Assembly (NCBI GenBank): GCA_038231495.1
Contig: JBBRLG010000001.1
Span: forward strand, 1 to 52,079
Length of the DNA stretch: 52,079 nt
Direction of reading: 5' to 3'
From: Gemmatales bacterium
GTDB taxonomy: Bacteria; Planctomycetota; Planctomycetia; Gemmatales; Gemmataceae
The notes beneath the pieces are model-generated. The model worked only from the letters and a program-made list of their open reading frames with translations. It made no database searches and was not told the origin of the DNA. This document shows, piece by piece, positions 45,833 to 52,079 of this stretch. Each line of letters starts with the position of its first letter. Position 1 is the stretch's first letter. The translations under genes were made by a program, and so were the position numbers.

Positions 45833-47701
45833 TCAATGGTGCTTCTCGTCCTCGGTTTTTGCGCCCGCGTTCCGCAGGCGTTTCACCTGATCGACGGTTT
45901 TAGTGGGGGCGGCTCTCGCGTCCTCCAGGCAGTTTTCGCAACAGAGGAATACCGTCTCGCCGTCCAGCACCACCTTCACCGGCGGCCCCATGCCGCCGAG
46001 TCGGCTGTTTGCCAGGATCGGACAGAAACGCTGAGATTTCGCAAGCTCACGATCCGCAGGGCCTAGCTTGGCCAGTTCCTTTCCGGCCTTGCTTTCCTGG
46101 TTGGTTCCATCCTCCGGGGTCGAAGGGCGGACCGTGCTGGCTCCCGCTTTCTCCTTCCCGCCGCTGCCGCCGTAATAGACCGAACCGGCGGCAGGATTCA
46201 GCCGCGTTTCCGCGTCGATCAAGAAGGCCCCTTGGGTCGCAACCCGGTCGCCAAATTCCAAGCCGCGCAATACCGGGTAGAAGGCGGTGGGATTGCCCGG
46301 TTCCGCCATGCGCGGGCCGAGTTTCACGATCACGCCCTCGTAAAAGCTCGGGGCGGTTTCCCGGTAGACGACCGTCATCGCGCCCGTGTCGATCACGGCA
46401 CTCTCCGGGACTGTCAACACCTGGCCGCGTTCGAGGATCGCCCGCCCGAGCGCCGCGTCGAGGAGCGGTGCGAAGCCGATTGGCCCGACCGGGCCGGCCG
46501 GCGCGCCAAGCCCGTGCGCGAGCGTGTCTAAAACGCTTTTCCAGCTTTCCGTTTCCGCCCACTCCCTGGCAAAAAGTTCGATCTGGTTGGGCGGCACGTC
46601 GATGGCGACCGTGGCCCACGCGCCGGGCCGCAGCTTGTGGCCGGGGTTGGAAATGTTGAAGCGGACGGTCAGCGTGCGGCTGCTCTCGTCCAGGTGGGGG
46701 TAGATGAATTCCAGCGTCCCCGTGTAAACCTGGTCGGGTTGTTCGAGCGTCGTCGCGCGGGCCGTCAGCCCAACCCGCATGAATGATTGGTCGGCGAGGT
46801 AGACCTGCGGCTGAATCCAGACGCTGCTCAAGTCGGCGATGTCGTAAAGCGGAGTTCCCTCCTCCACGAAACTGCCCTCGCGCTGGTACTTCTTGATGAC
46901 GTGCCCCGTCATCGGCGAATAGATCGTCATCTCCGTGCCGAGCTTTTCCGTCCGCAGGAACTCGGTGATTTGTTCCTCTTGCACGTCCCACAGCCGGAGA
47001 CGATTGCGCGCCTGGTTCTCCGTCTCCTTGTCGTTGTTCTGCCGCGCCCGCCGAAGGTCTTGCAGTGTGACCATCAATTCCGGGCTGTAGCGCACGTCCA
47101 GCACGGCGAGCTTTTCGCCCTTCTCGACCGCCTGCCCGGTGTAGTTCACGAAGAGCTTGACGATCTGCCCTTTTTGCCGGGCGGCGATGTGCGTTTCCTT
47201 GGTCTCGTTGAACTCCACGGAGCCGAAGGTTGCGATGGAGCGCATGAGGTTACGGTGCGAGACCTCCGAGGTCTGGACCCCGGCCAGCACGACGCGGTAG
47301 GGGCTGAGTTGTACGCGGCTGACCGTCCCCGGCGCGAGCGGCTCCCCGCCGCCGGCCTCCTTCTTCCGCTTGGCGAGATCCATGTGACAAATTGGACATT
47401 TTTCACCGGGCTTGTCCCGCACGATGTAGGGGTGCATCGGGCAGAAGAACTCGGTGTCGGCATCAGGGTTCGCCTGGCGGCCGTACAACGGGCGGGTCCA
47501 CTTCTCGTAGTAGTTGCTGAGGGTGTCCCAGTAGCCGACCACCACGCCGATGACGACGAAAAAGGCTACGAAGCGGAGCCGGGCCTGGATCACCTGGAAG
47601 ACCTGCCAGACGTTGTGGCCGAAGCCGTGTTTCGTCACCGGAACTCCGCCCGCCGGCGCTTGGACTCCGTTGCCGGCGGGCGGGGTGTTGCTGGGACTCA
47701 T
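45833..47701 (-). CDS. cusB: CusB-like RND periplasmic adaptor with N-terminal heavy-metal-binding domain and C-terminal Cys-rich domain
   Basis: FFCPMHPYIVRDKPGEKCPICHMDL, a membrane-fusion-protein core, and the C-terminal FCPILANSRLGGMGPPVKVVLDGETVFLCCENC. Confidence 0.85.
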   Translation of the reverse strand: MSPSNTPPAGNGVQAPAGGVPVTKHGFGHNVWQVFQVIQARLRFVAFFVVIGVVVGYWDTLSNYYEKWTRPLYGRQANPDADTEFFCPMHPYIVRDKPGEKCPICHMDLAKRKKEAGGGEPLAPGTVSRVQLSPYRVVLAGVQTSEVSHRNLMRSIATFGSVEFNETKETHIAARQKGQIVKLFVNYTGQAVEKGEKLAVLDVRYSPELMVTLQDLRRARQNNDKETENQARNRLRLWDVQEEQITEFLRTEKLGTEMTIYSPMTGHVIKKYQREGSFVEEGTPLYDIADLSSVWIQPQVYLADQSFMRVGLTARATTLEQPDQVYTGTLEFIYPHLDESSRTLTVRFNISNPGHKLRPGAWATVAIDVPPNQIELFAREWAETESWKSVLDTLAHGLGAPAGPVGPIGFAPLLDAALGRAILERGQVLTVPESAVIDTGAMTVVYRETAPSFYEGVIVKLGPRMAEPGNPTAFYPVLRGLEFGDRVATQGAFLIDAETRLNPAAGSVYYGGSGGKEKAGASTVRPSTPEDGTNQESKAGKELAKLGPADRELAKSQRFCPILANSRLGGMGPPVKVVLDGETVFLCCENCLEDARAAPTKTVDQVKRLRNAGAKTEDEKHH

Positions 47702-47747
47702 GGTGCATCTCCTTATAAGGTGGTTATCCAGGGACCACGCTGTGCAA

Positions 47748-48143
47748 TCAGTTGTCGCGAGGCGTCCCGGCTTTTGCTTTGAGCTGCTGCACTTTAGCCA
47801 GCGTTTTGTCCGGTTTGGCCAGCGCGTCGGTCTTGCAACTCTTGCAACACAAGAACACCGGCTGATCGTTGACCAGGACTTTCACCGGCGTCCCCATCAA
47901 ACCCAACCGGTTTTCCGGCTCGACCGCGCAGAACTGCTGTTCCTCGGCTAGCGCCCGATCTTCGGGGGACAGGCGGTCAAGGGCGGTGACGATCTTCGCT
48001 TGTTCTGCGGGTGACGGCTTCGGCTGGTCGGTCGATTGGTTCGCGGCTTGCGGGTCGCCGTGCTTGGCGTCGGAACCGCCCGAACAGCCCGCGAGAAAAA
48101 AGCACAAGCCAAGCAGCACCGATGACAACGAAAAACTCTTCAT
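47748..48143 (-). CDS. lipoprotein with a TRASH-like Cys-rich metal-binding domain
   Basis: ATG 48143, lipobox FLAGC. FCAVEPENRLGLMGTPVKVLVNDQPVFLCCKSC is paralogous to the CusB tail. Confidence 0.6.
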   Translation of the reverse strand: MKSFSLSSVLLGLCFFLAGCSGGSDAKHGDPQAANQSTDQPKPSPAEQAKIVTALDRLSPEDRALAEEQQFCAVEPENRLGLMGTPVKVLVNDQPVFLCCKSCKTDALAKPDKTLAKVQQLKAKAGTPRDN

Positions 48144-48409
48144 GAGTAGGGTCTCCTTTGCCCGTAGGAACGGGCCAAACGGGTAAGCGGTTGTCAAACA
48201 AGGTCGGGAGCAACCGCGGCTCCCTTGTCGAATAGGGTGTTTCCGCCTGTCCGCCTCGACGGAACGGGGTTACGCGGAAACGTACCGGATCAACGGCCGG
48301 AATTACGCGATCCCCGCGCGACAATTCCAGCGCGTTGCAAAAAAGGTTGGCGAGTGGATTACGACAGCGTCACGCCCTGGGCGCGAAACGCCGTTTGAGA
48401 AAGGAAGCG

Positions 48410-48859
48410 TTAGCAGAGCATATTGTGATGCGCGCGCAATTTGGCTTGGGCCGATAACAGCGGACAGGTGACTTTCCCTAAAGGAGGGGGCCGAAAACTA
48501 AACAGCGGACCGTCGCCGTGACTGCCCGGCGAAGCGTCCAGCCCTTCGGGTTGAAGGTGGCTTGCTTGGTCCTGGCAAACGACAGCGGACTCTTTTGGCG
48601 TGGAGGCGGCCCACTGATAACAGCCGTTGTTTTCGCAAGGGCACGGCCCCCGCTCGCCGGGAAGCTGCTTTACCGGATTGCGTTCGGGTCGCGGCGCATT
48701 TTGCCGGCAGCAGCTGGGAAGCACCCGTTGTTGCGTGCCCGAATTCGCTTCCCCCAAGCCGACAATGAAGTCCACCAGGCGCGCCGACGCACAGCAGCAA
48801 AACGTCGGGTTTGCCAACAGGATCAACGACAGGTAAATTGCCAACCCAGTGCGAACCAT
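48410..48859 (-). CDS. Cys-rich membrane-anchored hypothetical protein
   Basis: From ATG 48859: TM segment GLAIYLSLILLANPTFCCCA, then SCC, CPCENNGC. First gene of the minus-strand metal cluster. Confidence 0.4.
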   Translation of the reverse strand: MVRTGLAIYLSLILLANPTFCCCASARLVDFIVGLGEANSGTQQRVLPSCCRQNAPRPERNPVKQLPGERGPCPCENNGCYQWAASTPKESAVVCQDQASHLQPEGLDASPGSHGDGPLFSFRPPPLGKVTCPLLSAQAKLRAHHNMLC

Positions 48860-49140
48860 TTCCTTCAACCCACCTGGCGAACCGAATGGCGAAGTGTGTA
48901 CTCGCAATGTCATTATTCGCGTGCCGTGGATAAAATCAATCGCATTTGCCGGTCCGTCCGCCTTCGGGACCACCTGGCGGAAAAGTCTGCAACTCTAACG
49001 CGATACGAAGCCGTACCACAAAAAGTAAGCCGCGGCAGAAGCAAACAGGGCCGGTTGACCTTCGACGGGGGCGATCTGCCAGGTCCGCGCTGCCGTACTC
49101 TGGATCCTCAATGTTAGCGCGGCGTCGCCAGCAGCGCCAG

Positions 49141-49290
49141 GATAGCACCCTTGATGTATGCGGGTAGGTCGGGCCACGCCTCGACGACGCGGCCGAGGTC
49201 CGGGTCCAGCATGTGCGGGTCGTTTTTTGGAAGTTGTGCAACGCGGCGTGCAACGTCAGGATTAGGGTTGGCGGAAACGCCTTGATTTGT
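49141..49290. repeat. 150-bp right-end module, copy B
   Basis: See copy A. It contains GTGCAAC x2 (49236, 49248) and a 32-aa minus-strand ORF at 49114-49212 (MLDPDLGRVVEAWPDLPAYIKGAILALLATPR). Confidence 0.7.
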
Positions 49291-49307
49291 GGTGTTTTCG
49301 TCGTCGC

Positions 49308-49357
49308 GGCAGCGGATTGCAAATCCGCCATCCCCGGTTCGATCCCGGGAGGGGCCT
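49308..49357 (+). repeat. attR: displaced 3' 50 bp of tRNA-Cys
   Basis: Identical to 19093-19142. It lacks the tRNA 5' half. Confidence 0.9.
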
Positions 49358-50838
49358 TTTTCTCTTGTCCCCCTTGCTTTCCGGCGAAAACGCTAGAAAG
49401 TAAGTGTTTTTCTTGCGACCGGCTCCCAGGACCATCTTCGCTCGCCCGTCCACCAGAGTCTACCCGCGCCCCCTGAAATCGCTCCTGAGACGACAAGTAA
49501 AACGCCAAGTTTTTTGGACCAGCATTCGCGCAACATGCGGGGTCCGTGCCCGTCGCCCGAAGAATTTCGGGCGAATTATCTTCCGGCAGACCGGGCAAGG
49601 CGTCGAGGGCAGAGCGAACGTCCGCCAGCTGCACCCGTGCGTAGTGCTTCAAGGTCGTCTCGACCCGCGAATGCCGCGCCAGGGCTTGCAGGGTCTTCAA
49701 CGACACTCCCGCGTTTTCCATCGCGCGGATGAACTGCCCGCGAAGGCTGTGAAAATCGAAGTAGTGGCCGTCGGCGTCCTGGTAGGCGAATCTCGCGCTG
49801 ACGACGATGTACGGGGTCAGGCACGGCTGCAATCCATGTTTGCTTGGCTGCCGCAAGATCGGCCCGCACCATCTCGGCTGCCTTGTTCCACCAGCCACCG
49901 GGCCACAACCGCTGACCGGCCGGCTTGCCACGCAACCAGTCCCGCACCACGTCAGCAAGGTCAGCGCGCACGGGCAGCACGTCTTCCTTCTTGTGCTTGC
50001 TGTAGCTCGCCCGCACCGTAACCGTGGCCTCTGGCACGTCGAGGTTGAAAGACTCCGGTTGCAAGCTGGCAAGCTCCTGCGCACGCAACCCGGTCCAACC
50101 GGCCACGGAATAAAGCATCAACCGATCCGGCCCGGCAATCCGGTGAATGGTACTGCCGCACCGCGCCGCGGCCAAAAACTCTTGGAAGTCATCATCAGGC
50201 AAGCATCGGCGCTGACGATGATCTTCTACGTCCACGTTCAGCGGTTTGAGGGATTGGAGGGTGTTGCGGTCGGCGCGGCCGTCCTCCACCAGCCACCGGA
50301 AGAAAGACTTCGTGTCCCGCAAGTAGTAGTTGCTGGTGGTGATCGACAGCCGGCCGGCGCGGCGCTCCTGCGCCAACCACGTTTCGACCCGCGACGCCTG
50401 CACGTCGGCCTGGGTCAAAAACCGGCACCCGTCCACCAGAGCGTTGACACGGTTGAAGCTGATGCGAACGTGCTTGGCGCTGTTGTTCCGGTCGGTTAGC
50501 GCCTGTTGCCAGTCCTTCAGGTGATCGGCCAGAGCTTTGCTAGCCGCTACGCGCTGCGCTTCCAACAAGCCGATGCTCACCAGCTTGTCCCGCGTCTTGT
50601 GGGGCAAGCTGGTTAGCCACCTATTAAGCGTGGGGTCAACCTACCCGCCGGTGCCGGAGTGATACTCCACTAGCTTGACGACGTTACGCCCCATCTCTTC
50701 CGATGCCGCCTTGCTGGTGAAGGCAGGCAACCGGCGCACCGTCCGGTTGTGGTCGCGGAATTCGACGTACCACTTGGCAGCTTCCCGCGTCCGACCGTTG
50801 CCATCCTTGTAGGTCGTCTTGAAAAGTCGATAACCCAT
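49358..50838 (-). pseudogene. tyrosine integrase, disrupted (in-frame TAG at 50641-50643; frameshift near 49791)
   Basis: N-terminal arm-binding-like ORF at 50641-50838. The core is at 49576-50607. The catalytic end (FDFHSLRGQF...ARHSRVETTLKHYARV, LRATGTD) is in another frame of ORF 48936-50084. The lower boundary is uncertain. Confidence 0.75.
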
Positions 50839-50845
50839 CGGATAC

Positions 50846-51073
50846 CTACCCTTTCGTTTGCCGCCGCTTGCTGGCCTTGAGGTCGAGGTTGAGCAAGTCA
50901 GCCAGGGCGTCGAGGTTATCCATCGACAGGCCGCCCTTGCCGGCCATGAACCGCGACATGGTTGCTTCCCCCATGCCCAGCTGTTTGCAGATCCGATACC
51001 GGCTCATGCCGCTGGCATCGACCGCTTGGCGTATCTGGTCGCTCAGTTTCACGCGCTGTTTCCCCATACCCAA
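50846..51073 (-). CDS. HTH DNA-binding protein (Cro/XRE-like)
   Basis: MSRYRICKQLGMGEATMSRFMAGK is a helix-turn-helix. Confidence 0.65.
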   Translation of the reverse strand: MGMGKQRVKLSDQIRQAVDASGMSRYRICKQLGMGEATMSRFMAGKGGLSMDNLDALADLLNLDLKASKRRQTKG

Positions 51074-51092
51074 ACCCTACCAGATACTTTCA

Positions 51093-51437
51093 TTACAAGC
51101 AAGTAGCATCGCCCGATGGAATCCCAGCTTGCCGCATTTCTTCAAGAACGTGCGACAGTGCCAGGGCTTCCGCACGCTCGCGGGGCAGACCGCCATCGAA
51201 TTCCATGATTGCCGCGCGCTCGTCCCAAAGGTAGTGCCAATCGGGGGGCAGGTCGGCAGGCATAACGTCCGGTGCAGGCGCTAAGGTAAGGACGTTAAGC
51301 ACGTCATTCTTGCAAGCGATCAGCTGTCGGGCAATCGGCTCTGCGCTCCGCGGGCCACGGATGTGAAGCCGGTCCCCTGCTCTTGTGACGGTTAAGCCCG
51401 CCGCACGGGCCTCTTCCAACAGTCTCAAGCTGTCCAT
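51093..51437 (-). CDS. hypothetical protein
   Basis: ORF with coherent codon usage. LEEARAAGLTVTRAGDRLHIRGP resembles docking-type motifs seen in mobile-element proteins (from memory). Confidence 0.45.
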   Translation of the reverse strand: MDSLRLLEEARAAGLTVTRAGDRLHIRGPRSAEPIARQLIACKNDVLNVLTLAPAPDVMPADLPPDWHYLWDERAAIMEFDGGLPRERAEALALSHVLEEMRQAGIPSGDATCL

Positions 51438-51895
51438 TCGACTTCCTCTTCTCCGTTTTGGGTAAAGCTAGAATCGGAGGGAATAGCATCGTCCCTATCG
51501 TCCCGACCGTCCCGTGATTTCGTAAACACAGAGGCGCGTTGGGGACCGTCCCGGCCCACGCAGCGTTCCTTACCGTCCCCAGTTCGTCCCGATGACTCGT
51601 CCGCGCTTTCACGAGCCGGGGACGGTGGGGACGGTGGGGACGGTGGGGACGGTTTTTTTCGGGTCCAATCTAATCGGATGACGCGCCGCCGATTTCCACC
51701 TGGTTCGCGGTCGAAAATTACTGCAACTCCGGCGCGCCGGAGGTTAGGGGCCAGTCGCCGCACGTCGCCAGACAGCTTGCGGGGAGTTTTCGGCCAATCC
51801 TTCCTTTTCTTGAGTTTGTCGTCGGCATGTTGTACTTCGAGTTCGTCGAGAAGGTCGGTCGCGGTCCCGGTCCACGGTTCAAGCCTGTCATTCAT
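51425..51895 (-). CDS. hypothetical protein, probably the C-terminal remnant of a larger gene
   Basis: The frame stays open 22 codons upstream of the ATG, up to a stop at 51962-51964. (PSP)n low-complexity stretch. Confidence 0.4.
   Translation of the reverse strand: MNDRLEPWTGTATDLLDELEVQHADDKLKKRKDWPKTPRKLSGDVRRLAPNLRRAGVAVIFDREPGGNRRRVIRLDWTRKKPSPPSPPSPPSPARESADESSGRTGDGKERCVGRDGPQRASVFTKSRDGRDDRDDAIPSDSSFTQNGEEEVEWTA
51617..51652. repeat. 9-bp tandem repeat (GGGGACGGT)x4
   Basis: Encodes PSPPSPPSPPSP on the minus strand. Confidence 0.85.
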
Positions 51896-51941
51896 TAAGC
51901 GAAGGATGGGGCCTGCCAGGACCGCGGGTGTGAGTGTCTCT

Positions 51942-52079
51942 TCAGTTGGTGGAACAAGTGTTTAGGTTGGCCTTGGGTTCGTTGATCTGGCGGTGCCAAA
52001 AGGCCTGCCATTGGCCTGGCTCGCTTTTGAAGAGGGCACGCAGGTGGCACATGGCATCGGTGCCGTAGGGCCGCCAGCG
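51942..52079 (-). CDS. 3' end of a transposase-like gene (5' part outside the window)
   Basis: RWRPYGTDAMCHLRALFKSEPGQWQAFWHRQ resembles the C-terminal tail of some IS transposases. From memory, weak. Confidence 0.3.
   Translation of the reverse strand, partial: RWRPYGTDAMCHLRALFKSEPGQWQAFWHRQINEPKANLNTCSTN

Larger units (their letters stand above)
19143..49357. mobile_element. tRNA-Cys-integrated genomic island (~30.2 kb), probably composite
   Basis: Bounded by the 50-bp direct repeat, with the integrase next to the intact tRNA. Cargo is replication, packaging, R-M and metal-efflux genes. Backbone repeat families were not seen inside. Confidence 0.85.
49358..52079. mobile_element. second (older, decayed) tRNA-Cys-associated element, right part outside the window
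   Basis: It starts at the att copy with an integrase pseudogene in the same orientation as int1, followed by HTH and phage/plasmid-like ORFs. Confidence 0.65.

Noticed and set aside
51617-51652. Short tandem repeats (51617-51652, 15391-15418, 9284-9364, 6802-6897) considered as possible CRISPR arrays.
   Set aside because: The units are 7-9 bp with no spacers, there are no cas genes, and several lie inside ORFs or form hairpins.

Overview
GC-rich bacterial window. The gene content (tricorn-like protease, ThuA-like secreted protein, many REP-like hairpins) suggests Planctomycetota, but that is an inference. All calls come from reading the sequence and ORF translations by eye, with no database searches; alignments and identities were counted by hand.

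Layout:
(1) 1-19.07 kb, chromosomal backbone. It holds a beta-propeller protein, a sigma54/NtrC-type regulator, an M24 peptidase, tRNA-Ser(CGA), a ThuA-like protein and a 2-oxoacid dehydrogenase E1alpha-E1beta-E2 operon. It also holds an RluA-type pseudouridine synthase, a tricorn-like S41 protease, a xylose-isomerase-like TIM barrel and gamma-glutamyltransferase. At least three families of intergenic palindromic or tandem repeats occur here and were not seen further right.
(2) tRNA-Cys(GCA) lies at 19072-19142. Its 3' 50 bp recur perfectly at 49308-49357 and bracket a ~30.2 kb integrated island.
(3) The island carries, in order:
- a tyrosine integrase and an XRE/SWIM divergent switch;
- a decayed terminase module (TerS-like, TerL split by an in-frame TGA, an extra TerL-nuclease paralog);
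- a frameshifted PLD-like gene;
- a P4-type primase-helicase with a candidate iteron origin, and AlpA-like HTH genes behind a three-site operator;
- a 455-aa orphan;
- a type I R-M operon in the order hsdR-hsdS-[4 cargo genes]-hsdM, with hsdM inactivated by an 88-bp tandem duplication plus an amber codon;
- a cus-like Cu/Ag efflux cluster whose CusA has ~400 extra residues.
(4) 49.36 kb to the window end is a second, older tRNA-Cys element. Its integrase is a pseudogene (amber plus frameshift), and a transposase-like tail sits at the window edge.

Best candidate for an undescribed system: the intact four-gene cassette nested between hsdS and the dead hsdM, encoding an ImmA/IrrE protease, a PIN-like protein, a HipA-like kinase and a DUF3037 protein. 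A relic of cassette exchange lies at the hsdS stop codon.
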